This document shows, piece after piece, positions 1 to 12,721 of a stretch of 64,000 nt of DNA. The stretch's first letter is position 1, and the number at the start of each line of letters is the position of its first letter. The notes beneath the pieces are model-generated. The model saw nothing but the letters and a program-made list of their open reading frames with translations. It ran no database searches and was not told the DNA's origin. Origin of the DNA: Lama guanicoe (lineage: Eukaryota); assembly GCA_013239625.1 (NCBI GenBank), contig MU054166.1:137319-201318 (forward strand), given 5' to 3'. Both the position numbers and the translations under genes were made by a program.

Positions 1-870
1 AATTATAATGAAGTATCACCTCACAATAGTCACAATGGCAATCATTCAAAATTCCACAAACTTTAAGTGCTGGGGTAGCTGTGGAGAAAGGGGACTCTCC
101 TTCACTGTTGGAAGGAAAGTAGTTTGGTGCAGTCATTGTGCAAACCAGAATGGGGATTTCTCAAAAGAAAAAAAATGAACTTAACCTACGATCCAGCAAT
201 CACACTTCTGGGTATATATCAAAGGGAACCCTCATTCAAAATGTCACCTGCACCCCAATGGTATTAGCAGTGCTATATACAACATCCATGACATGGAAGG
301 AACCTAACTGTCCAACAATAGATGAGAGTATTCAGAAGTTATGCCGTATTTACACAATGGAATAATATTCTGCAATAAACAATGATTAAACAATGACATT
401 TGCAGCAAAATTGATGTCCCCAAAAAGTGTCATTCTAATTGAAGAAAGCCAGAAATAGAAAGAAAAATAATATATGACATGACATATGAGGAACTTCAAA
501 AAAAAAATTGGATGTGAACACTATGATTTCCTCTACAAAAGTGAAACACACTCACAGATCTACTAAACAATTTTATGATTATTGCAGAAAGGGGCTATGA
601 GAGGATATATTTGGGATCTGTATATTCATAAATTTTTTTCACTATACATAAAAATAGATTTTTTCTAAATTTCTGTTTTATGACTGAGGGCAGTAAGTTA
701 AATATTGTGAAGTAATGTTTAATAGGCACACAAATATATGCATGCACGGGGACAATGTGTAATACACCACAGATTGACACATTGTAAATGGCAGTACTTC
801 AATGATAAATAAATGAATAAATATGTAAATAAATAAATTAAATAATTAAATAAATAAATAATAACTAAAT
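1..870 (+). mobile_element. L1 3' end (ORF2 C-terminus, 3' UTR, degenerate A tail); paralogue of 63120-64000
   Basis: Degraded ORF2 C-terminal motifs (TCTPM..., IYTME), an L1-type 3' UTR, and a (TAAA)n tail at ~805-862. Confidence 0.9.
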
Positions 871-899
871 AAAAATATTTAATAATAAATGAAATACAA

Positions 900-2270
900 A
901 TATTCACACTACTTAATTTCACACCTCAAGGATCTAGGAGAAAACAGAAAGAATATAGAAGAAAACTGAATGAATGAGAGTAAGGCAAATAACCAGAGAA
1001 AAAATTGAAAAGATAAAAGAAAAACCTAAGTCTGTTTCTTTTAAACATAAACTGGACAAACGTTTAGGTTGGCAAAGAAAATAAAGACTCAAATAAAATT
1101 AGAAATAAAAGAGAAGATATTACCACTGATGTTGTAGAGATGCAAAGTGTCTTAAGAAATTACCACTAGCCAACGAATTGAATGACGTAGAACAAAAGAG
1201 AAATTTCCAGAAACATATGTCTTTGAATACTGAATCAAGAAGAAATCAGAAAGATAATAGAGCAAAAGTGTGTTTGGGTAAGTCAATAATCCAAACTTCC
1301 AAAACCAGAAAAAAATTTACAAGACGACATTACTGGTGAATTCTCTCATACATTTGAAGACAATTTTTCACCAATTCTTCCCCAAATCTTCCAAGAATTT
1401 GAAGGGGGTGAAAGATTCCAAACATGTTTTTTGATGTGAGCTTTATTTGATTAGCAAGCAAGAAAGGACATTATATGCAAAATATAGAATATTATCCCTG
1501 ATGAACATATGTGCCAAAATTCTCAACAAAACACAAGCAAAATGAATTTAACAACACATTTAATGTATCATAAACATACATGAGTAAAGGGATTTATCCC
1601 TGGGTTTAAGGATACTTCAAAATATTCAAATCAATAAAGGTGACATGCCACACTAATAGAATAAGTAAAAGAATTCACATAAACATCTCAACACGTGCAG
1701 AAAGTGCATTATATATAATGCAACATTCTTTTAAGATACTCCCAACAAATTAAATTAACCCTGTCAGTGGCACGATATCATATACAAACAAACACTGTGT
1801 GGAGAGCAGTGGAGCAGTTCTCTTTTTATTGATTCTTAGAAAAAGGGTTTATAGAGGACATGCACAATGCCTCACATATCATCTAAGTTATAACAATGTT
1901 AATAATCTTAAGCTATTTATGTCCCCATGCTCCAGCAGAAAGTGCAGGTTATTAAATGATCAAGGATTGTTTTAAATTTCATCACGGAACTTCATTAATT
2001 AGGCCATCTCTTAACCAGACGGCTCTGCTTGACTTAGGATGTCCTCCTGTGAGGATCTTACCCAGCATAAGCTATCCAGCTGCCCATATTGGATACATTG
2101 AGTAGGCCATTTCTTATCCAGCCTGGATATGTGACATTCCTCACAGCTTGTTTATCAGTTCAGCCCACGGGCTTATTCTCTAGAGCCTTCAGACAGGGGC
2201 CTACAAACCCAACATCCCTTGACAGAAAACTGGATGAAGAAAATTTGATGTATATATGCAATGGAATCAA
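900..2270 (+). mobile_element. Old L1 ORF2 fragments, interrupted by a solo LTR
   Basis: Degraded ORF2 linker/RT sequence such as gggatttatccctggg...aaatcaataaaggtgacat. Boundaries are approximate. Confidence 0.75.
1762..2205 (-). mobile_element. ERV solo LTR, 444 bp, 5 bp TSD AACCC
   Basis: TG...CA termini; AACCC at 1757-1761 and 2206-2210; minus-strand TATAAA (~1848) followed by AATAAA (~1826); interrupts L1 sequence. Confidence 0.88.
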
Positions 2271-5270
2271 TACTTTGCATTCCTATCAACAGTGTCCATG
2301 GTGTTACATTTTCTCCACTAGTTCACCAAGATTTATTTCTTTTTTTTTTTCATGAGAGCTTTCTGACAAGTGTGAGGACTTGTCTCATTTTTGGTTTATG
2401 ACTTTCCTAATAATTTATAACTCTGAACACATTTTCATGTGTCATATATCCAACTCTATGTTTTCTACAGAAAATTAATTCAGATCTACTTATTCAGCTC
2501 CTATGGAGTTTTTTTAATTGGATTTTTTGCTTTTTTTGTTGTTTTTTGGGGGTAAGTATTTGCCATATATTTTGGATATTAATACTTGATTGGAAATTAT
2601 CACTTGAAAATATGTTCTACCATTGTGTTGGTTGACTTTTCATTTTATTGATCATTTCTTCTGCAGAGTAAATCTGTTTATTGTGACACAGTCATATTTT
2701 CTTAGTTTAACTGCTGCTTCCCATGCCAGAGGAAACATTTGCAGAAACAAATTAAGTCCAATATCAGAGTGTACTTCTTATATTTTACCCAAGGATTCTT
2801 TAATTTTAGGTTTTATATTTTATATGCCCAGGAGTGGGACTGCTGTGTCATGTGATAAGTCTATATTTATTATTTAAAGGAACTTCCATACTGTTTCCAA
2901 AGTTGTTTCATCAATTTTGATTCCCACAAAGATTGTTGGAGAGTCCCTTTTACTCCACAATCTCCCCAGTCTTTATTATTTTTAGACATTTGGATGACAG
3001 CCCTTCTCCCTATTGTGAGGTAAATCATTATTTTACTTTTGTCTTGCCTTTGTATAATGATTAGCAATGTGAACACATTTTTATGTTTTTGTTTGTCATC
3101 TATGTGTCTTTTTTAGGGAATTGTCTTCTGCTCATTTTCTGGCTGAGTTGTTTTTAGATTTTTGAAATGGTGTTGTATGAACTATTTGTGTATTTTAGAA
3201 ATTAGCCACTTTTTGATTGCATTGTTACCTAATGGTTTCTCCCATTTGGAAGTTCATCTTTTCATTTTGTTTATTTTGATGTTTAGAAGCTTTTAAGTTT
3301 ATTTAGGACCTATTTGTTTATTTTACATTTATTATTTCAGCTTGGGAGTGTGACATAAGAAAATTTTGCTACAATTATTGTTTTGTTTTGCCTATGTTAG
3401 ATTCCAGAAGTTTTATTGTGTCATGTATTAGATTCAGATATTTAAAACATTTTGAATTTATTCTTGTAAAATGTGAAGGATTTTTCTAATTTCATTAATT
3501 TACATGTAGCTGTCTAGCTTTCTCAACATCACTTGCTGAAATCTGTCTTTAAGGCATTGTATATTTTTTTTCCTTTGTCATGGTTTAGTTGACCATAGTT
3601 GTGATGTTTTATTTCTGCCTCAGTGCTCTGTTCCAGTGATATAGATGTTTGTTTGTTTTCCAGTATTGTGCTGTTTTGATTACTGTATTTTTCTCATATA
3701 TTCTGAGATCTGGGAGAGTTATGGGTTATGCCTCCAACATTGTTCTTTTTCCTCATTCTTCCTTTTCAGTACTAGTTCTTTTGCAGTTCCATACAAATCA
3801 TAGAACTGATTTAGTTCTGTGGAAAATATCATGTATTTCGATCTGAATCAATTTATATCTGTAGACATATTTTGTAGCATGTATAATTTAACAATATTAA
3901 TTCCTCTAAACTAAGACATTGAGATTTCTTTCCATTTCTTTGCATCATCTTTAAATTTTTTATCAGTGTCCCATAGATTTTATTATCTTGGATTTTCCAT
4001 AGGTTTTTCATTTTTTGATCGGATTTCATATAGATATTTTATAATTATGGAATATTTCATTGTTAGTGTAAAGAAATGTAACTGTTTTTGTATATTAATC
4101 ATGAATCATGCTACTTTGCTAAATGTCTTTATTAGTTTTAGTTGTTCTGGTGTGGAGAATCTTTAGGGATCTCTATATAGATTATCATGTCACCTAAAAT
4201 AGTAACAGTTTTACTTCATTCAATCCAACTTGAATAAATTTTTTTCTTCTCCGATTGCTGTTGCTAGGACTTCCCATACTGTGTATAACAGAAATGGTGA
4301 GATTGGGCATCCTTGTCTTATTCCTTAATTTGGCTTTCAGTTATTCACTTTTGCATATTATACTGTCTGTGTGTTTGTAAGTTATGACTTTAGTTATGTT
4401 GAGATATATTTCCTGAATCCTACTTTGGTAAGAGTTTTCTGTTGTTGCTGTTGTTGTTGTTGTTGTTCTTGTTGCTGTTGTTGCTGTTTTAATGAATAAA
4501 TGTTGAATTTTTTGAAATACTTTTTATGAATTTATTGGGATGACCACGTCTTTCTTCCTTTTGTTAATGTGGCTTATCAAACTGATTGATTTGTGTATGT
4601 TGAAATCCTCTTGTGACCCTACAATTAATCCAAGTTGATCATGGTGTATGATTCATTTTTGGTATTGCTGGATTTAGTTTGCTAATAATACTTCGTATAA
4701 TTTTTACATCTTAATCTATCAAATTTATTGGCTTGAAATTCCCTTTGCCTGTAGTTTGTTTGTTGGCTTTGCTATTAAGGTGATGAATTCTTCATAGAAT
4801 TAATTTGGGAGTTTCCCACATCTTCATTATTTTTGAATAGTTTCAGAGTATAAGTTCTGCTTTGTATTTTTGTACAGTTCTCCACAAGATTTGTTTAAAT
4901 CTGCACTTCTATTTAAAGATTTTTTTAAATGCAGTTACTTTCTTCTAGTAACCTTTTTTCAAATTTTTTTCTCCTTATTTCTGTCTCTTTCTAGACATTT
5001 GTCTATATCTTCTAAGTTCCCCAGTTTATTCGAATCTAAGTGTTGACCAAATGATCCCTTTGTTGTATATCTGTGGTAACAATAGTTATTTCTCTTCTTT
5101 TATTTCTTACTTTATTTCTTTGGAGCATCTCTCTTTTCTTCATGATGCACCTGGCAAGAAGTTTTTTTGATTTTGCTTATCTTAAAAAGAAAACAAAAAA
5201 AATCTTTGGTTTTACTGCTCTTTTGCATAGTTTTCTTTTTCTCTCTAATGTATACTTACACCTGTAATAT
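2271..5270 (-). mobile_element. Old L1 ORF2 fragments (at least two pieces, junction ~2820)
   Basis: Antisense L1 ORF2 sequence; the C-terminal region restarts at tatatgcccaggagtggg (~2821). Confidence 0.8.
4440..4487. repeat. (GTT)n/(GCT) microsatellite
   Basis: Direct reading. Confidence 0.9.
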
Positions 5271-5280
5271 TTAGGTTAAT

Positions 5281-5582
5281 GTTTTTTAATTTTTTTAAGT
5301 TTTCTTTATTGATTTAAAGTCATTTTACAAAGTTGTCTCCAATCCCTGTGTTAGCAAAATTTTGCTGTTCCAATGAAAAAATATACATTTATTGTCCCAT
5401 TTTTTCCACTGTGGGCTTCTGTAAGAACTTTTATATTCTTCCCTTTGCTATACAGTACAATCCTTTTTATCTATTCTACAATTTAGACCTCCCAGTCTAT
5501 CTCTTCCCACCCCCGGCCCCCTTGGCTAACAAAACCTTGTATTCTATATCTGCGAGTCTATTTCTGTTTTGTATTTGTGCTT

Positions 5583-5613
<31 letters not shown>

Positions 5614-8600
5614 AGATTTCACTGATGAGACATCTAATATGGTATTTTTCTTTTCCTTTCTGGCTTACTTAACTTAGACTGATTATCTCCTGGACCATCC
5701 ATGTTGCTGAAAATGGCGTTATGTTGTCAGTTTATATGGCTGAACAGCATTCCATTGTATAAATATACCACCTCTTCTTTATCCAGGCAACTGTCGATGG
5801 ACATTTAGGCTTTTTCCATGTCTTGGCTATTGTAAATACTGCTGGCTATAAATATTCGGGTGCAGTTGTCATCCAGAAGTAGGGTCCCTTCATGATTTAT
5901 GGCCAGGACCGGGATTCCTGGGTCATATGATAAGTCTATACCTAGGCATTTGAGGAATCTCCGTCCTGTTTTCCACAGTGGCTGCACCAAACTGCATTGC
6001 CACCAGCAGTGATGGACGGTTCCCTTTTCTCCACAGCCTCTCCAGAATTTGCCATTTATGGATTTTTGAATGATGGCCATTCAGACTGGTGTGAGTTGAT
6101 ACCTCATTTTAGTTTTGATTTGCATTTCTCTGATAATCAGATATTGAGCATTTTCTGATGTGCCTTTTGATCATTTGTATGTCTTCCTTGGAAAATTTCT
6201 TGTTTAGGTCTTCTGCCAATTTTTGCATTGGGTGATTTATTTTTTCTTATTCAGTTGGATGCCCTGCTTATATACTGTGGATATCAAGCCTTTGTCGGTT
6301 TCATATTAAGATTTTTTCCCATTCCGTAGGTTGTCTTTTTGTTTTACTGTTGGCTTCTTTACTGTGCAGAAGCTTGTAAGTTTCATTAGGTCTCATTTGT
6401 TTATTCTTGCTTTTATTTCTTCTATGAGAAAATTTACGAGACTTATGTCAGATACTGTTTTGCCTATATTTTCCACCAGGAAGTTTAATCCATCTTGTCT
6501 TATGTATAAGTCTTTGGTCCATTCTGAGTTTACTTTTGTGTATGGTGTTCTAGGTTCATTGGGAGTGTTCTAGCTTCATTGACTTACATGCTGCTGTCCA
6601 GTTTTCCCAACACCAGTTGCTGAAGAGACTGTCTCTCATCCATTGTAATTTCTTTCTGCCTTTTTCTAAGATTAATTGACCAAAAGTTTGTGAGTTTATT
6701 TCTGGGCTCTCTATTCTGTTCCATTGACCTATATGTATCTTTTTCTACCAATACAGTGTTGTCATGTTGACTGTAGCTCTGTAGTATTACCTGAATCGTT
6801 AGCGTTAAGAATTGCCACTGATTTTTAAACCTTAATCTTATAACCTGCTACCTTGCTTAATTCTTCGATCAGCTGTAGTATTTTTTGTCTGGATCTTGTA
6901 TGGTTTTCTATATATAGTAACATATTATCTGCATATAGAAAGAGTTTTACCTCTTCCTTTCCAATTTGCATCCCTTTTACTTCTTTCCCTTCTTTGATTT
7001 CTGTGGCTAGGCCTTCCAATACTATGTTGAGTAGGTGCGGTGATAGTGTGCATCCATGCCTTGTCCAAGATTTTAGTGGGAAGATTTTGGCTTTCTCAAC
7101 ATTCAGTACTATGCTGGCTGTAGATTTGTAATCTATAGCTTATGATGCTGAGATATGTTGCTCTATGCCCAATTTGTTGAAAGTTTTTATCATAAGTGTG
7201 TGTTGAATTTTATCAAATATTTTTCCTGCATCTATTGAGATGATCATGCGGTTTTGGTCCTTTGTCTTGTTGATGTGCTGTATTACATTGATTGATTTGC
7301 ATATGTTGAACCACCCCTGTGTCTCTGGCATGATCCCCACTTGGTCATGATGTATAATCATTTTTCTGTATTTTTGGATTCTATTCACTACTATTTTGGT
7401 GAGAATATTGGCATCTGTGTTAATCAGTGATATTGGCTTATAATTTTCTTGTTTGGTATTGTCTTTGCCTGTTTGTGGTATCAGGGTAATTTTGGCTTCA
7501 TAGAATGACTTTGGGAGTATTCCTTCCTTTTCAGTCTTCTGGAAGATTTTGAGAAGGTCTGGTATGAGTTCTTCTATGCATGTTTGGTAGAATTCCTTAG
7601 TGATGTCGCCCGGTCCTGGACTGTTATTTGTAGGGAGGTTTTATATTTCTATTTTGATTTCATTTCTAGTATTCTGTTTGTTCAAGGGTTCAGTTTATTC
7701 TTGATTCAGTCTTGGTGGACAGTATGTTTCCAGTAACTTGTCCATCTCCTCTATGTTATCTAGTTTGGTTCAATATACTTTTCATAATAATCTCATGTGA
7801 TGTTCTTTATTTCTATTTTATTAGTTGTAATGTCTCCATTCTCCTATCTTACTATGCTTATTTGTGCTCTCTCTTTTTCTTCTTTTTCAGTTTGACCAGA
7901 GGTGTGTCGATTTTATTTACTTTTTGGAAAAACCAGCGTTTGGATTGGTTGATTATTTTCCTATGGTATTTTAAACTCTATTTTATTTACTTCCTCCACA
8001 ATATTTATGATTCCCTTCCTTCTGCTGCCTTTTGGGGTTTTTTGTTCTTCTTTACCTAGTTCATTCTCCTGATGGGATAAATTGTTTATTTGTGATTGTT
8101 CTTCTTCTTTGAGGAAGGCCTGTACCACTATAAACTCCCCTCTCAACACAGCCCTTGCTGTGTCCCATAAATTTTGTGTGGTTTTGCTTTCATTTTCTTT
8201 TGTCTCAAGGTAATTTTTAATTTCAACTTTGATTTCTTCTTTGACCCAAATTATTTTAAATATTTTATTTACTTCCTCCACAATATTTATGATTCCCTTC
8301 CTTCTGCTGCCTTTTGGGGTTTTTTGTTCTTCTTTACCTAGTTCACTCTCCTGATGGGATAAATTGTTTATTTGTGATTGTTCTTCTTCTTTGAGGAAGG
8401 CATGCACCACTATAAACTCCCCTCTCAACACAACCTTTGCTGTGTCCCATAAATTTTCTGTGGTATTGCTTTCATTTTCTTTTGTCTCAAGGTAATTTTT
8501 AATTTCAGCTTTGATTTCTTCTTTGACCCATAGGTTTTTTAATAACATATTGTTTAATCCCCATGTTTTCCTTTTGTTCTCCTTTGTTTCTCTGTTGTTG

Positions 8601-11600
8601 ATTTCTAGCTTCATGGCATTGTGTTCAGTAAAGTTGCTTAAGGTAATTTCAATCTTCTTAACTTTGCTGAGGTTTCTTTTGTGCCAAAGTATATCATGAA
8701 TCCTGGAAAATGTCCCATGTGCACTTGAATAGAATGTATATACTATTTTGTAGGGGTTACAATGCTCTGCAAACGTCCACCAAGTGTAATATTTCTCTTG
8801 TATTATTTAACTTCTCTGTTGCCTAATTTATTTTCTATCTCAATGATCTCTCCTGTGATGTTAATGCAGTTTTGAATTCTCCAACTATGATTAGATTCCC
8901 ATTATTATCCCCATTTATATCTGTTACTAATTATTTCATGTACTTATGTAGTCCTCTATTTGGTGCATATGTATTAACAAGTGTGCTATCCTTAACTTTT
9001 ATCACTCCTTCAATCATTATAAAATGTCCTTCTTTATCTACATGGCCTTTGTTTTAAAGACTATTTTGTCTGAAGTCAGTACTGCAACAACTGCTTTTTT
9101 GGCTTTTCCCAGTGTATGGAATACCCTTTTCCATCCTTTCACTCTCAATGTATATGTTTCCTTCTTGCTGAAGTGGGTATATGCAGCATATTGAAGGATC
9201 TAGCTTATTATCCAGTCTGCCACTCAATGACATTGACTGGAGCATTTAGTCCATTAACATTTACAATAATCCATGATATGTTTGTGTTTATTGCCATTTT
9301 GACCATATCTTTGCAGTTGATTTGGTATTTCCTCTTTGATCATTTGATCTTCCTTTTTTGGCTTGGTCATTTTCCTTTGCATTGTCATGAAATTTATTTA
9401 GTTTTAGTTACTCCCTGATTATGTTTTTGTCTTGTTTTTACCCTTTTATATAAGTCTATTAGACCATTAGTATAACTGATTTTATTAAACTGATAGTAAC
9501 ATGATCTCAAAACTATCCTACTGAGAACAAAATATTTTAAAAAAGATCCCCCCAAAATTCTCTATTTTCCTTCCTCCCTTTCCTACTCTCAATGATTTAT
9601 ATGTCTTGTTTTAAAATTTTGTGTTTATTTTACATGTAGTTCATGAGTTATCGCCTTTCCAGCTGTGAGTTTCACATTTCTGTAGCATCCTGCTGCTTTT
9701 GTTTTTAGAGTGGACCTTTCAATATTCCTTTAATCATGGGTCTAGTGTTGCTAAACTCTTGTAGCTTTTTCTTGTCTGTGAAATTATTTATGTCTCCTTC
9801 TACCATAGTAGATAGCCTTGCTGGTTAAAGTATCGTAGGATATATCACTTTTTCATTCAGGACTTTGAATATATCTTGTCACTCCCTTCTGTTATGTAGT
9901 ATTTGTGTTGTGAAATCAGCTGTGAGCCTTATGGGGATTCCCTTGTAACTCACTCTTTGCTATTCTCTTGCTGCCTTTAGGATCATTTCTTTCTCCTTTA
10001 CTCTGGCCATCTTATTTATATGTCTTGTTGTGGGTTTATTTGAGTTCTTCCTGTTTGGGACACACTGAGCTTCCTTTACTTGGATATCTGATTCCTTTTT
10101 TCAGTTTGGGGAGTTCTCAGGTATGACTTCTTCAAACACCTTTGCAATCCCCTTTGATCTTTCCTCCTCTTCTGGGAATTTAATCATGCCAAGATTGGCA
10201 TTCTTTCTATTATTCCATAGGCCTCTATGATTTTTCATTTGTTTCTCGTTGTTTCTCTTGTGGCTTTTCTGATTGGGTGCTCTCTATTTTCCTGTCTTCT
10301 TAGTCACTAATTCATTCCTCTGCATGATCTAGTCAGCTTTGTGACCCTTTAAGTCATTCCTCATTTCAGTCAATGGGTTTACCTATTCTACTTGGCTCTT
10401 CTTTATAGCTTCCATTTCGTTTTTAACATATTTTATATCTCTAAACTCTATCTTTTATTTCCTTCATTAATTTGATCACTCCTCTTTTGAAATCTTGATC
10501 TAGCAGGATATTGATGTCTATTTCACTGATTGTACTTTCAGGGGATTTCTCTTGTTCTTTTAATTGGGAATGGTTTGTCTGCTTCTTCATCTTGCTCCTA
10601 CCTCTCTGACACTGTGGTTTATGGAGTATCAGTTATCTATTGTGGTCCTAAAGGAGTTTATCTACCTAATGCCTCTGTAGTAATACAGCTAAAAAAGCGA
10701 AAAAAGAGAAAGGGAGACAAAGAAATTTAAAGAAGGGGAAATAAGTGTTTGAAGACAGTGTATAATACATAATAGAAGAGCAAGTTGAAGCAGAGTTTTG
10801 AAAAATAATAAAAATAAATATATTTTTAAAAAAATTCAGTGGGATTTAAAAGGGGGTATATATAATTGCCTAAGAAGTAAAAATTAAGAGGGTATGAGAA
10901 AATGGAACAGGTTAAAACAGATTAAAACAAGGGGGTGGTCAGTGTGTCCTGGAGACTGTGTACTTTTAATGTGAAATATTTCTGTATTAATCCTGTTTTG
11001 GAAGCTCAGCTTGCTTTTTCCAGAGGCCCTCCATTGGAACCCTCATCTATTCAGCTCCCAGTGACTGTCAGCAAGCAGATCACTCCTACTCCCAAAACTG
11101 GTTCTGGAGCAGCTCCCTTTACTGTGGGCTGTCTTGTCACTGCCCTGACTGATGCCCCAGTCTCATGTTTCAGACTGACCAGGCAGGAGTGGGCATCAAG
11201 CCCTCTCCCAGCCACATGGTCAGGAGCTGTGTTCCAACCCAAAAGCTGGTGGCCCATCAGCCCCCTAAGGGTGCTATTCTCTCCACTGCTATATGCCCTG
11301 TCAATGGTCTGGGCCAAAACCCAGCTCCTAGTTTGCCTTGGCAGAGCAAGTTCTCTGAGGAAATAGGACAGAAATATCTTATCTGCCTCAGGCTGTAGAC
11401 AAGTCCCCATCTGGCTCTTGACGCTGCTAAGTCCTTAGGAGTGAATGCAGGTTTTGCTCTCACTGCTGCCAGTGTGCAAAGTTCCAGTGGATATGGTGGC
11501 TGTGTCTGAGACCCAGGTCTCTTGTCCTAGATACTTTTGTGGATTTTCAGAGATTCTGAATGCACCTTTCCCCTCCCAGGGCTAGTCTGCCCTGTTGTTT

Positions 11601-12137
11601 AATGGAGGGCCCTGGTTGTTCTGCCCTGTGTACCCACAGCAAGGGTACACAGCCCCCTCCATTCCACCAGGCTGCCTCAGTGCAACCATCATCATCTTCC
11701 ACCCAGCTCAGGCAGAATTGCCCTGCTCCCAGGTGCCAGGAAGCCTCTTGGTCTGGGTGTCACAGGGATCCTCTGTGCCTGTTTAACTTAGTACTGTCAT
11801 TCAACTTATAATCTATAGAGGTCCAATTCTTGGAGTCTCCCTCTCCATCCTGCAGAACTCACAGTTGGAGAGGGGAGACCCAGTGAATGGGCACCAGTCC
11901 TTTTTGCTGCTCCCTCCCTGTGGTACCTGTCCCGCTCTGTTTTGCCTTTTCTTCTTTCTGTCTTCATGTTCTTCTACCAGATTTTTTGCATCTTTATCTT
12001 TTGAGGAGGACAATGTTCTATCAGAGTTCTGCAGGTACTCTGGTTAGCTGAGTAGGTCTGTGGATGTGAGTCTTGGTGCATTTGTGGGAAAGGGTGAGCT
12101 ATGAGCATCCTTCTACTCCACCATCTTTGCTTCCCCC
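5281..12137 (-). mobile_element. Near full-length degraded L1 of the same family as 15540-22679
   Basis: T tract at ~5281-5310, 3' UTR, ORF2 pieces in the ORF track (5805-6080, 6825-7019, 7140-7388, 7961-8614), ORF1, and a GC-richer 5' UTR ending ccatctttgcttccccc. Confidence 0.95.
7967..8530. repeat. Tandem duplication, period 282 bp, inside L1 ORF2
   Basis: 7967-8248 is repeated at 8252-8530; the peptide WVKEEIK...EEVNKI appears twice in ORF 7961-8614. Confidence 0.95.
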
Positions 12138-12663
12138 ACAAAATGTCTCACTTTATGGTGGAAGATTAACACAATCAGTAAATAGATGGAAAAGATGTTT
12201 CATGGAAATTACAAGAAACTGCAGTTTGCAATGCTCAAGTCATACAAAATACGTTTTTAAATAAGGGCCACAATGAAAGATAAATATGAGATTACATAAA
12301 GAAAAAGAGATCAATATAAAAATTGAGTATTACACTCATTAAATTATATATGGACCAAAATCCATACATATAATTAAAAAGAAATATTAGTAGACATGAA
12401 GGAATTAATTCATTTTAAAACAATAATAGTAGATGAGTTGAACACCTCACTATTCTGTTGGCCATATCATCCTGAAAGAATATCTGTAAGGAAACAGTGG
12501 TCTTAATGACATAGTAGATCATTTGAACCTAACTGATCTAATGGACACTGCATCAGAAAAGGAGAACACATAAATTTCTCAAGTGTACACAGGATGTTAT
12601 CTAAGGAATTAACCACATATTACTTCATGAAATGAGCCTCAGGAACTTTAAGCAAATATAGAT

Positions 12664-12721
12664 NNNNNNNNNNNNNNNNNNNNNNNNNNNNNNNNNNNNN
12701 NNNNNNNNNNNNNNNNNNNNN
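12664..12721. other. Assembly gap (58 N)
   Basis: Run of N. Confidence 1.

Noticed and set aside
1..870. Matching window ends as terminal repeats of one giant element
   Set aside because: They are L1 3' ends with A tails and are explained by array periodicity.
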